Below are positions 8,811 to 16,367 of a stretch of DNA of 32,139 bases, piece by piece. Under the pieces are notes generated by a model that saw nothing but the letters and a program-made list of their open reading frames with translations, had not been told where the DNA came from and searched no databases. Source of the stretch: Bacillota bacterium (GTDB lineage Bacteria > Bacillota > Clostridia > Christensenellales > SZUA-584); NCBI GenBank assembly GCA_023441905.1, contig JAEZNC010000106.1, positions 1 through 32,139 on the forward strand, given 5' to 3'. A program made the position numbers and the translations under genes. How positions within the stretch are numbered: the stretch's first letter is position 1; every line of letters starts with the position of its first letter.

Positions 8811-9847
8811 GTGTCCGCATCGAAAAGAAAATCGGCCTCTTTCACTTGAAGAGCGAATTTGAATCGGGCAGCGAAACGCTCGCGATTTTAGGCGCGTCGG
8901 GATGCGGCAAAAGTCTGACGCTCAAATGTATCGCGGGTATTGAGACGCCGGACAAAGGGCGCATTGTGCTGGATAACACGGTGCTGTTTGACAGCGAAAA
9001 GAAAATCAATGTGCCCGCAAGGCTCCGTAAAACGGGATATTTGTTTCAGGATTACGCGCTTTTCCCGAACATGACGGTGGAAAAAAACATCGCATGCGGC
9101 ATCCCTGAAGGGCGCGATAAAGGAAAAGTCGTACGTGACAAGATCACCTCTATTTATCTTGAAGGTCTGGAAAAGCATTACCCGTCTCAGCTTTCAGGCG
9201 GCCAGCAGCAGCGCGTGGCGCTGGCGCGCATACTCGCAAGCGAGCCGCAGCTGCTGATGCTCGATGAGCCGTTCTCGGCCCTCGACAGCTTTTTAAAGTG
9301 GCAGCTCGAGCTGGAGCTCATCAAGGTGCGCGAGAGCTTTGCGGGAACGATATTATTCGTCTCTCACAACCGCGACGAGGTTTACCGACTTTGCGACCGC
9401 ATTGCCGTGATGGATGACGGCGTGACGCAGGAGGTGCTGGCTAAAAGGGATCTGTACTCAAAGCCCCAAACGCTGTCCACAGCGCTGCTTTCGGGCTGTA
9501 AAAATATATCTAAGGCAAGAAAGCTGTCTGACCATACGCTGTTTGCCGAGGACTGGAATGTCGAGCTTTTGTCGGACAGGACTGTGCCGGATGGTTTGGC
9601 ACATGTCGGTTTCCGCGCGCATTATTTTGAAGCGGTACAAAGCGCAGCGGATCAAAACGTGGTTTCGTGCAGCGTCACGCGCGTGATCGAGGATATGTTT
9701 TCAGTCATCGTGTTGGCGCGGATAGACGGCGCTGCCCACGATGTTTTATTGCGGTATGAGCTTGGCAAAGACAATTGGCGCTTGATGGAAGAGCCGAAAC
9801 AACTGCTTCTTAAACTCCCGGCCGAACAACTGATACTGATGAGGTAG
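8801..9847 (+). CDS. modC: Molybdate ABC transporter ATP-binding protein ModC (with C-terminal TOBE-like region)
   Basis: The ORF-track ORF 8504..9847 is over-extended into modB. The real start is ATG 8801, after AGGAAG, and overlaps the modB stop by 10 nt. Walker A (GASGCGKS), ABC signature (LSGGQQQRVALARIL) and Walker B (LLMLDEPFSALD) are present. Confidence 0.88.
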   Translation: MALSVRIEKKIGLFHLKSEFESGSETLAILGASGCGKSLTLKCIAGIETPDKGRIVLDNTVLFDSEKKINVPARLRKTGYLFQDYALFPNMTVEKNIACGIPEGRDKGKVVRDKITSIYLEGLEKHYPSQLSGGQQQRVALARILASEPQLLMLDEPFSALDSFLKWQLELELIKVRESFAGTILFVSHNRDEVYRLCDRIAVMDDGVTQEVLAKRDLYSKPQTLSTALLSGCKNISKARKLSDHTLFAEDWNVELLSDRTVPDGLAHVGFRAHYFEAVQSAADQNVVSCSVTRVIEDMFSVIVLARIDGAAHDVLLRYELGKDNWRLMEEPKQLLLKLPAEQLILMR

Positions 9848-9850
9848 CCT

Positions 9851-10825
9851 ATGCAGGACCGTTTTGGCAGAAAAATTGACTATATGCGTATCTCGGTAAC
9901 AGACAGGTGCAATCTGCGCTGTGTTTACTGCATGCCAAAGCAGGGTGTGGAAAGCATTGCGCACGATGAGATATTGTCGTACGAAGAGATCGTCCGTGTG
10001 GTGCGTACGGCTGCGTCTCTCGGCATTGAGAAAATCAAGATCACGGGCGGTGAGCCGCTCGTGCGCAAAGGCGTGGCATCACTTGTCCGCATGGTCAAAG
10101 CGATACCCGGAATTCGGGCGGTCACGATGACGACAAACGGCGTGCTGTTTGCGCAATACGGAGAGGAACTGGCTGGTGCCGGTCTGGACGGTGTGAATTT
10201 CAGCCTTGATTCGCTTGACAAACAAATGTTTGAATCGCTGACCCGTTTTGATGCGCTGGAAAGCGTGACGGAGGGGATTCGATTGGCACTGCGGCTCGGG
10301 CTGAAGACGAAGCTCAATTGTGTACCGATGCAAACACAACAAAGCAGCGATCGGCTTAATATCGCGGCGCTTGCGAGAGATAACCCGCTTGATGTGAGAT
10401 TCATAGAAATGATGCCGATCGGCCTGGGTCGTGATTTTGAAACGGTGATCAATGATGATATCATGCAGGAGCTCGCAAACGCGTTTGGTCAGCCGATCCG
10501 CTCGAATGTCATCCATGGCAGCGGACCCGCTGTATATTATGATTTTCCAGGGTTCCGGGGCAGTATCGGCTTCATCAGTGCCCTGTCGCATTCGTTCTGC
10601 AGCAGCTGCAACAGAATACGGCTCACTGCGGACGGCGAACTCAAGCCATGCCTGTGCTATCAAGACGGACTGGCGTTAAAGCCGCTTTTAAGGAGCGGCA
10701 TGTCCGATGATCAATTGACAGGTGTGATGGCCGATGTGATTGCAGGCAAGCCAAAACAGCATGTGCTTGGCGAAGCGGCAAGCGGTGAGCAAGAAACAAG
10801 AAAGATGGTACAGATCGGTGGCTGA
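9851..10825 (+). CDS. moaA: GTP 3',8-cyclase MoaA (radical SAM)
   Basis: 324-aa ORF with the N-terminal radical-SAM cluster CNLRCVYC and the C-terminal auxiliary cluster region CSSCNRIRLTADGELKPCL. Confidence 0.93.
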   Translation: MQDRFGRKIDYMRISVTDRCNLRCVYCMPKQGVESIAHDEILSYEEIVRVVRTAASLGIEKIKITGGEPLVRKGVASLVRMVKAIPGIRAVTMTTNGVLFAQYGEELAGAGLDGVNFSLDSLDKQMFESLTRFDALESVTEGIRLALRLGLKTKLNCVPMQTQQSSDRLNIAALARDNPLDVRFIEMMPIGLGRDFETVINDDIMQELANAFGQPIRSNVIHGSGPAVYYDFPGFRGSIGFISALSHSFCSSCNRIRLTADGELKPCLCYQDGLALKPLLRSGMSDDQLTGVMADVIAGKPKQHVLGEAASGEQETRKMVQIGG

Positions 10826-10838
10826 TATAGGCAAAATC

Positions 10839-11255
10839 ATGGCCGTGTGCATCAGTGAACAGCGCGGCACAAAAAAGATCAATATCTCGTCAGGCGAGTT
10901 TGTAGAGAACTTTGGCATAAAAAACGACGCGCACGCGGGCGACTGGCACAGGCAGGTCAGCCTCCTGTGTAATGACCGCGTGCAGGAGTTTCGCAGCCGG
11001 GATGCCAATGTGGACGACGGCGCATTCGGAGAAAACCTGCTCGTTTCTGATATCGATTTCAAATCGCTGCCGTTGGGCACCCGCCTCAAATGCAAGGATG
11101 TGGTGCTGGAGATCACGCAGATTGGCAAGCAGTGCCACTCTCACTGCGAGATATATCATCAGGTGGGCGATTGCATCATGCCGCGTGAAGGCGTTTTTGC
11201 GAAGGTATTAACCGGCGGCATCATCAAGGTGGGGGATGAGCTTTATGTTGAGTAA
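10839..11255 (+). CDS. MOSC domain-containing protein
   Basis: The ORF-track start 10740 overlaps moaA and was trimmed to ATG 10839 (MAVCISEQRG). MOSC-type sequence is present: GENLLVSDIDF...LPLGTRL...VVLEITQIGKQCH. Confidence 0.75.
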   Translation: MAVCISEQRGTKKINISSGEFVENFGIKNDAHAGDWHRQVSLLCNDRVQEFRSRDANVDDGAFGENLLVSDIDFKSLPLGTRLKCKDVVLEITQIGKQCHSHCEIYHQVGDCIMPREGVFAKVLTGGIIKVGDELYVE

Positions 11256-11745
11256 AGGATATCGTGCGGCGGTCATTACCGCGAGCGACAAAGGCTGCGC
11301 GGGGCAGCGCGAAGACCTCAGCGGCAGATATTTGACGGATAGCCTTGAAAGTCTGGGCTGGCAGGTCGTCAGCTATAGCATGCTGCCTGACGATAAAGAA
11401 TCCATTTCTGCAGAATTGATAAGGCTCGCAGACGGCGGTTTGTGCGATCTGATACTGACAACTGGGGGAACGGGCCTCTCGCCGCGCGATGTGACGCCTG
11501 AGGCGACGCTGGCTGTTGCGGACAGGCTTGTGCCGGGCATCAGCGAGGCGATGCGCGCTTTCAGCATGACAGTCACGCACAGAGCGATGCTGAGCAGAGG
11601 CGTGTCGGTCATATGCGGCAAAACGCTGATAATCAACATGCCGGGCAGTAAAAAGGCCGTGCAGGAGTGCTTTGACGTGATTTCCGGCGTGCTCGCGCAC
11701 GCGGTTGAGACGCTGCGCGGGGAATCGGGAGACTGCGCGCGCTAG
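11245..11745 (+). CDS. MogA/MoaB-family molybdenum cofactor biosynthesis protein
   Basis: Carries the MoCF_biosynth signature LILTTGGTGLSPRDVTPEAT. ATG 11245 has better spacing from AAGGTGGGGG than ATG 11236. Confidence 0.85.
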   Translation: MLSKGYRAAVITASDKGCAGQREDLSGRYLTDSLESLGWQVVSYSMLPDDKESISAELIRLADGGLCDLILTTGGTGLSPRDVTPEATLAVADRLVPGISEAMRAFSMTVTHRAMLSRGVSVICGKTLIINMPGSKKAVQECFDVISGVLAHAVETLRGESGDCAR

Positions 11746-12443
11746 GCGTTCTCGTGGCCGGTAAAGCCGGTTAGCAGCTTAAATTTATTCTTATAAAATT
11801 CTATCAAGCCCTCGTTTTGCATACGGCTCAGTTCACGTGAAAGCGCGCTGCGGTCCACACAGAGGTAAGAAGCGAATTCTTCGCGATTGAACGGAAGCTG
11901 AATCTCGTTCGATTTCTTACGGCGGGCCTGCAGCGATAGATAGAGCATTATTCTGTCCCTCAGGCTTTTTTTTGAGAGGATATCAATTTTATAAAGCTGG
12001 CGCATATTTGCATTGGCCACAAGCTCCAATATGTTTTTGAGTATCAGGCAGCGGGCTCTGTCGGGTATCGTGCCGGGCTTGCTGATGAGATGGTAAGGAA
12101 ACGTGATGACCTCGGATTCGGTATCGCTTGTGATCACCAGCGGGCTGACCTGTGAAGGCGTACAGGCGACTTCAATACCGTAAAGCTTATTGGCCTTTAC
12201 CTTGCGTATCAAATTCGGATGGCCGTAGATGTCTTCTTTAAAAATGCTGAGTTCACCTTCGCTCACAGCCCCGATATAATCAATTTTCTCATCCATGTTG
12301 ATGAGTATTGCGCCCTTTTTAAAACGTTTGACTTGCACATGAAGAAGAGGAAGAAGCGTTTTTGCATCCTCAATCATCATCCCATCAAACAACTTTGTTT
12401 TTTGCAGACAACTTAAAACCGAATCCATATCACTAATCCGCAT
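11742..12443 (-). CDS. Crp/Fnr-family transcriptional regulator
   Basis: Has an N-terminal cNMP-binding-like beta-barrel region and a C-terminal HTH (REEFASYLCVDRSALSRELSRMQNEGLI). It is convergent with mogA and the stops share a CTAG. The start is uncertain (ATG 12443 or 12428). An extended -10 (TGTTATACT) lies just upstream. Confidence 0.8.
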   Translation of the reverse strand: MRISDMDSVLSCLQKTKLFDGMMIEDAKTLLPLLHVQVKRFKKGAILINMDEKIDYIGAVSEGELSIFKEDIYGHPNLIRKVKANKLYGIEVACTPSQVSPLVITSDTESEVITFPYHLISKPGTIPDRARCLILKNILELVANANMRQLYKIDILSKKSLRDRIMLYLSLQARRKKSNEIQLPFNREEFASYLCVDRSALSRELSRMQNEGLIEFYKNKFKLLTGFTGHENA

Positions 12444-12582
12444 GATTTTTATAATAGTATAACATGGAAAAGCGTCTTTGTATTCCGCAATGTAAAAATT
12501 CTGGAACAAGACTCAAGATGCCGGGAAAAGATTAAGAAAATACAGCTTATGCAGCGGAAAAGTGCTCGCTCGATCATCTGTG

Positions 12583-12813
12583 AAATCAAAACCACCGGCT
12601 TAAACTGGTGGTATGCACCAGTCCTAAAAGGGCATATTACTGGCTACGTCTCAAGACGTACAGAAAAATCCACCAGTTGCATTACTTGCTCTACGACTGT
12701 TAAAGCAGATTCCTCACAATTAGTACTGCTCTTGACGGTTACCTTTTTGTCATTCGCTCCGCTTACTGCTGTAGCTGAAGCATTTTTTCTCACACCCGCA
12801 TAGCTGGTGGATT
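12583..12813 (-). promoter_or_regulatory. Candidate structured RNA or transcription attenuator (unclassified), read on the minus strand
   Basis: A perfect 10-nt inverted repeat AATCCACCAG (12667-12676) / CTGGTGGATT (12804-12813) encloses 127 nt. A perfect 7-bp hairpin ACTGGTG/CACCAGT (12604-12610 / 12616-12622) overlaps an alternative hairpin CCACCAG/CCGGTGG (12605-12611 / 12592-12598). On the minus strand the alternative hairpin is followed by UUUUGAUUU. This gives four mutually exclusive CCACCAG/CTGGTGG segments. Confidence 0.35.
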
Positions 12814-12830
12814 ATTACGCTAAAGCACAT

Positions 12831-12857
12831 TAAAAAAGACCGGCTCTCTGGCCGATC
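12831..12857 (-). terminator. Intrinsic terminator of the yjzC-like gene
   Basis: Read on the minus strand: GAUCGGC-CAGAGA-GCCGGUC (7 bp, one G-U pair) followed by UUUUUUA. It lies 9 nt after the stop. Confidence 0.65.
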
Positions 12858-12865
12858 TTTCGACG

Positions 12866-13024
12866 TTACTCTTTTTCAAAATGCTGATTCGCTCCGGGAG
12901 TCGGAGGAAATGAATCGCCCTTGTCAAGCGTGACACCCCGCCTGATGACTTGACCGTTTTGACTGACGATCCTATAGTCTCCGCTCTGCGGCGCTTTTTG
13001 TCCCGATTTAAACTGTTGCATCAT
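12866..13024 (-). CDS. YjzC-like small protein
   Basis: The track ORF was trimmed to ATGATG at 13024, preceded by AAAGGTGGAG. The 52-aa product MMQQFKSGQKAPQSGDYRIV...GDSFPPTPGANQHFEKE resembles the YjzC family pattern (G.KAP.SG.Y.....G......V.L..G..FPPT). Confidence 0.6.
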   Translation of the reverse strand: MMQQFKSGQKAPQSGDYRIVSQNGQVIRRGVTLDKGDSFPPTPGANQHFEKE

Positions 13025-13192
13025 ACTCCACCTTTCATAATTTCTTCTTTGAATATTTTTTGCGTTGTACCGCAAAATATGTGATATTTTTTATTGTTAT
13101 TTTTCTGTGCGTATGTTAAAATACATTTCGCGTGACGCTTTGGAACTAATATTTAAAGGGTTAAACGTCAAAAAAAATTTATTAATGCATTT

Positions 13193-13258
13193 GGAGAGAT
13201 GGCTGAGCTGGTCTAAGGCGCACGACTGGAAATCGCGTGACTGCGATTGGAAATCGTG
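13193..13258 (+). pseudogene. Degenerate 5' fragment of a tRNA-Ser(GGA) gene with a tandemly duplicated anticodon arm
   Basis: GGAGAGATGGCTGAGCTGGTCTAAGGCGCACGACTGGAAATCG aligns with the acceptor, D and anticodon arms of the intact tRNA 90 nt downstream. The 12-mer GACTGGAAATCG is then repeated as GATTGGAAATCG. No variable arm, T arm or 3' acceptor strand is present. Confidence 0.7.
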
Positions 13259-13282
13259 CATACAACTGAATAAATATGGCAT

Positions 13283-13372
13283 GGAGAGTTGGCTGAGTGG
13301 TCGAAGGCGCATGACTGGAAATCATGTTTACGGGTAACCGTAACTAGGGTTCAAATCCCTAACTCTCCGCCA
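13283..13372 (+). tRNA. tRNA-Ser (anticodon GGA), CCA encoded
   Basis: Hand-folded cloverleaf: acceptor GGAGAGT/ACTCTCC, anticodon stem CATGA/TCATG with loop CTGGAAA, long variable arm TACGG-GTAA-CCGTA, and T arm TAGGG-TTCAAAT-CCCTA. The discriminator is G, followed by CCA. Confidence 0.93.
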
Positions 13373-13377
13373 AAGAG

Positions 13378-13416
13378 TCCCGAAAGGCTTGATTTTATCA
13401 GGTTTTTCGGGATTTC
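13378..13416 (+). terminator. Hairpin/terminator downstream of tRNA-Ser
   Basis: 8-bp perfect outer stem TCCCGAAA/TTTCGGGA with an imperfect inner stem, followed by TTTC. The U-run is short. Confidence 0.45.
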
Positions 13417-13481
13417 TGCATTCTAAGGGCAACTGTATAGCAGGATGTTTTACTTCACCGAATGGCCTGATTTAATGAAAA

Positions 13482-13578
13482 TGTTACCCTTGTTACCCCG
13501 ATTTTGAGGGCAAACCTAATGAATAGTAAAATGTATAAACTAAGCGACCTTGAGAAATTGTTACCCCTTTTGTTACCC
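13482..13578 (+). repeat. Four direct copies of TGTTACCC in two closely spaced pairs
   Basis: Copies lie at 13482-13489, 13491-13498, 13559-13566 and 13571-13578, between tRNA-Ser and the first element ORF. The reverse complement, GGGTAAC(C), also occurs in the variable arm of the tRNA (13332-13339). Confidence 0.6.
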
Positions 13579-13661
13579 ACCCCTGCAAGGGATGATAAGC
13601 CACGATAAAAGAAAAAGCGGAACGATATGCCAAGTAGACGATTATGGAAAGGAGTATGAAG

Positions 13662-14057
13662 ATGAACTTTCAAATGCTCGACTTGTTGGACAAAGCAATC
13701 GACCAGGACACTGAATACGACCAAGCTATGCTGACGAAAGAAGGAGTGCTGACTTCTGAAAATCAAATTGATAAGAACAAACTCAATCTAATGTCCGGGG
13801 CGTATGCCTCCAATCTGCTGGATGCTATTGTAGAAGCCGATATGAACCCGCAGGAAGTAATAGAATATATGGGAAACCTCTATCAACAAAATCAATACAT
13901 GGGTGTCTATTATTTTCTGCTGTATCTTTTCGCAGCTTTGGAGATGGATATCCCTTATCTTTACATGCAGCTACCACGCCATCCAGAAGCCTTACAGTAT
14001 TATATTGGCGAACTGATAGCCGATATTAAAGACTGTGCTTTAGATCAAGAGGAATAA
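13662..14057 (+). CDS. Hypothetical acidic protein (no recognisable family)
   Basis: ORF preceded by GAAAGGAG. ATG 13662 has the best spacing, although 13644 and 13656 are in frame. A strong terminator follows. No motif was recognised. Confidence 0.5.
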   Translation: MNFQMLDLLDKAIDQDTEYDQAMLTKEGVLTSENQIDKNKLNLMSGAYASNLLDAIVEADMNPQEVIEYMGNLYQQNQYMGVYYFLLYLFAALEMDIPYLYMQLPRHPEALQYYIGELIADIKDCALDQEE

Positions 14058-14147
14058 CCGGTACCACCAGCAGAATAGAACGTCAAAAACTGAAAGGTAG
14101 GTATTAGAGTGCGCTAATACGCCTCTTTCATCTATGACATTGTTCAG

Positions 14148-14189
14148 AAGCCGTTTGCTTTATAAACGTATAGAGCAAGCGGCTTTTTT
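14148..14189 (+). terminator. Intrinsic terminator
   Basis: 12-bp stem AAGCCGTTTGCT/AGCAAGCGGCTT (one G-U pair) with a 14-nt loop, followed by TTTT. It lies immediately upstream of the parA SD. Confidence 0.65.
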
Positions 14190-14209
14190 ATATGAAAGGA
14201 GGAAACAGA

Positions 14210-15037
14210 ATGTCAAAAGTAATCGCCCTCGCCAACCAGAAAGGTGGCGTGGGTAAAACGACAACGGCGGTCAACTTGGGCATCGGCCTTGCGGCTCAGG
14301 GCAATACGGTGCTATTGATTGACGCAGACGCCCAGGGAAACCTGACAGATTCGTTGGGTTTTAAGGAACCGGATAATCTGCCGGTTTCGTTGGCAACCAT
14401 CCTAACGAAAACTATGCTGGAAGAACCGTATGGGCCTGACGAGGGCATTTTACATCATGCGGAGGGCGTATCCCTCATGCCGGGCAACATCGAATTGTCT
14501 GCGATAGAGGTGTCGCTTGTCAACACAATGAGCCGGGAAACGATTTTGCGCAGTTACATCAATGCCGTTAAAGACAGATACGACTATGTGCTGATCGACT
14601 GTATGCCCTCGCTGGGCATGATGACGATTAACGCATTGGCGGCGGCGGACAGCGTGATTATCCCTGTTCAATCCCACTACCTGCCCGCCAAAGGGATGAC
14701 ACAACTTTTGCAGACAATCGCCCGCGTAAGAAGAAATATCAATCCGAAGCTGACCATCGACGGTGTTCTTTTAACGATGGTGGACAACAGGACGAATTTT
14801 GCGAAGGACATTTCCTTTATCCTGCGGAGAGACTACGGCGACAAACTGCGCGTTTTCAACGCGGAAATCCCTTTGTCTATAAGGGCAGCCGAAACAAGCG
14901 CGCAGGGTAAAAGTATTTATGCCCACGACCCCAATGGTATCGTAGCAAAAGCCTATCAAGCCTTTACAAAGGAGGTGCAGGACATTGGCAGCGAAAAGCA
15001 GCGCAAGAGACAGCATCAAGTTGACCTCAGTAGATGA
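14210..15037 (+). CDS. parA: ParA/Soj-family partition ATPase
   Basis: ATG 14210 lies after AAAGGAGG (the track start 14192 contains the SD). The deviant Walker A NQKGGVGKTTT is present, along with the ParA-type motifs DYVLIDCMPSLG and PVQSHYL. Confidence 0.9.
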   Translation: MSKVIALANQKGGVGKTTTAVNLGIGLAAQGNTVLLIDADAQGNLTDSLGFKEPDNLPVSLATILTKTMLEEPYGPDEGILHHAEGVSLMPGNIELSAIEVSLVNTMSRETILRSYINAVKDRYDYVLIDCMPSLGMMTINALAAADSVIIPVQSHYLPAKGMTQLLQTIARVRRNINPKLTIDGVLLTMVDNRTNFAKDISFILRRDYGDKLRVFNAEIPLSIRAAETSAQGKSIYAHDPNGIVAKAYQAFTKEVQDIGSEKQRKRQHQVDLSR

Positions 15038-15932
15038 TCTGTTTTCCACGGAAGAAAGCCGTGCTGAAGAAAAAGGCGAAAAAATTATTATTGTACCGGC
15101 TGAAGATGTCCACCCATATGTAAGACAGCCCTATCAAACGACACGGCTTACGCAAGACCTTGTTAGGTTAATGGATAGCATTGGCCGTCACGGAATTGAA
15201 ACGCCGCTAATTGCAAGACCGCGAGCAGAGGGCGGATATGAGATTATATCCGGGCATCGCCGCAACTATTGTGCAGAAATGCACAATATTCCTGATAGGC
15301 CGTTGATTGTCCGCAACTATACGGATGATGAGGCAGATATTCTTGTAGCTGACCTAAATATTGTCCGTGAAGAAAACCTCCCGTCTGAACTCGCAAGAGC
15401 GTATAAGCTGCGATATGATGCCATGAAAAGGCAAGGGAAAAGAACAGATTTAACTTCTGGGCAATTTGAACAGAAGTTACAAACACAAAATTCACGGCGC
15501 GAATTGGCCGATACAGTGGGTAAAACCGAGGATGAAGTACGAAGGATACTCTGTTTGAATGAACTTATCCCCGAAATCCTACAAATGGTGGACGAGAATA
15601 AAATCGCGTTGCGCCCTGCGTCTGAAATCTCTTACCTTCCGAAAGAACAACAGCAAAACTTGTTTAGCATTATGGGATGTGGAGATTCTACTCCGTCACT
15701 GCCGCAGGCAATCAAGATGAAGCAATTTTCACAGGATGGGCGGCTGAACGAAGATGTTATTCTCTCTATACTCGCTGAGGAAAAACCAAATCAAAAAGAA
15801 AAGCTCACCATCAAAACGGATCGTGTTGACCGCTTCTTTCCCAAAGACTATTCCATAAAGCAAAAGGAGGATTTGATCGTCCGGTTGCTTGAAAGCTGGT
15901 ATAAGAAACGGCAGCAGGAGCCGGAACGATGA
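14985..15932 (+). CDS. parB: ParB-like nuclease/partition domain protein
   Basis: TTG start 7 nt after AAGGAGGTG, overlapping the parA 3' end by 53 nt. The ParB N-terminal box YEIISGHRR is present, with an HTH-like segment (RELADTVGKTEDEVRRIL). Confidence 0.8.
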   Translation: MAAKSSARDSIKLTSVDDLFSTEESRAEEKGEKIIIVPAEDVHPYVRQPYQTTRLTQDLVRLMDSIGRHGIETPLIARPRAEGGYEIISGHRRNYCAEMHNIPDRPLIVRNYTDDEADILVADLNIVREENLPSELARAYKLRYDAMKRQGKRTDLTSGQFEQKLQTQNSRRELADTVGKTEDEVRRILCLNELIPEILQMVDENKIALRPASEISYLPKEQQQNLFSIMGCGDSTPSLPQAIKMKQFSQDGRLNEDVILSILAEEKPNQKEKLTIKTDRVDRFFPKDYSIKQKEDLIVRLLESWYKKRQQEPER

Positions 15933-15959
15933 AAAGGCGTATGGAAGCGGCACGATACA

Positions 15960-15996
15960 ACGGCATTTGCTACAAAAAAAGCGATGCCGTTTTTTT
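15960..15996 (+). terminator. Intrinsic terminator after parB
   Basis: 7-bp stem ACGGCAT/ATGCCGT followed by a run of six T. Confidence 0.6.
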
Positions 15997-16020
15997 ATGC
16001 CCTGGGAATGGGGTGTCTCC

Positions 16021-16194
16021 ATGAATTTCACAGAAGGAAAGCTCCTGCAATACGAACGCATGATGCGGGAAAAGCCGGGTTTCGACCGCCGCCCTGTCAA
16101 GACGATGAAAGAGCGGGACTGCAAGCACTGCCTGTATTACGACGAACAGCGCCATAAGTGCGGCGTGGAAAAGTGCATCGTATTCAACGACTAA
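16021..16194 (+). CDS. Small Cys-rich (zinc-ribbon-like) protein of the mobile-element backbone
   Basis: The track ORF was trimmed to ATG 16021. The 57-aa product is MNFTEGKLLQYERMM...CKHCLYYDEQRHKCGVEKC, with a CxxC...CxxxxC pattern. The function is unknown. Confidence 0.5.
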   Translation: MNFTEGKLLQYERMMREKPGFDRRPVKTMKERDCKHCLYYDEQRHKCGVEKCIVFND

Positions 16195-16367
16195 CCTGAA
16201 ACACTTTACGCCAGGGGGGAAATCCGTCTATTTGAAAAACGTGCAAAATGGCCGCTTTCGCCGTCCCCCTCTCCGCACCTCTCCCCCAAAAAACTACCAG
16301 CCGAAAAAAAGAAAGCTATATGCCTTTCGGCAGGTAAAACCAAAAATCTTAGGAGGTAAATGAAATT

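Noticed and set aside
12549-12803. An 84-aa plus-strand ORF in the AT-rich spacer.
   Set aside because: It has no SD and an odd Ser/Thr/Cys-rich composition. It coincides with the inverted-repeat structured region, so it was treated as non-coding.
13065-13337. A 90-aa plus-strand ORF (TTG start), together with the minus-strand ORF 13097..13312.
   Set aside because: Both run straight through the tRNA-Ser fragment and the intact tRNA-Ser gene, so they are artefacts of open frames over RNA genes.
13455-13766. A 103-aa minus-strand ORF at the element edge.
   Set aside because: It has no SD, low-complexity hydrophobic and basic composition, and overlaps both the TGTTACCC repeats and the start of the better-supported plus-strand gene.
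15889-16020. The N-terminal extension of the small Cys-rich protein in the ORF track (start 15889).
   Set aside because: The extension overlaps the parB 3' end and runs through the parB terminator hairpin. ATG 16021 lies downstream of the terminator.
16261-16287. A C-rich, G-poor polypyrimidine tract (CCGTCCCCCTCTCCGCACCTCTCCCCC) upstream of cpaB, with a G6 run at about 16214.
   Set aside because: It could be a rut-like site, an oriT-associated tract or nothing at all. No inverted-repeat or nick-site-like structure and no convincing promoter could be supported by eye.
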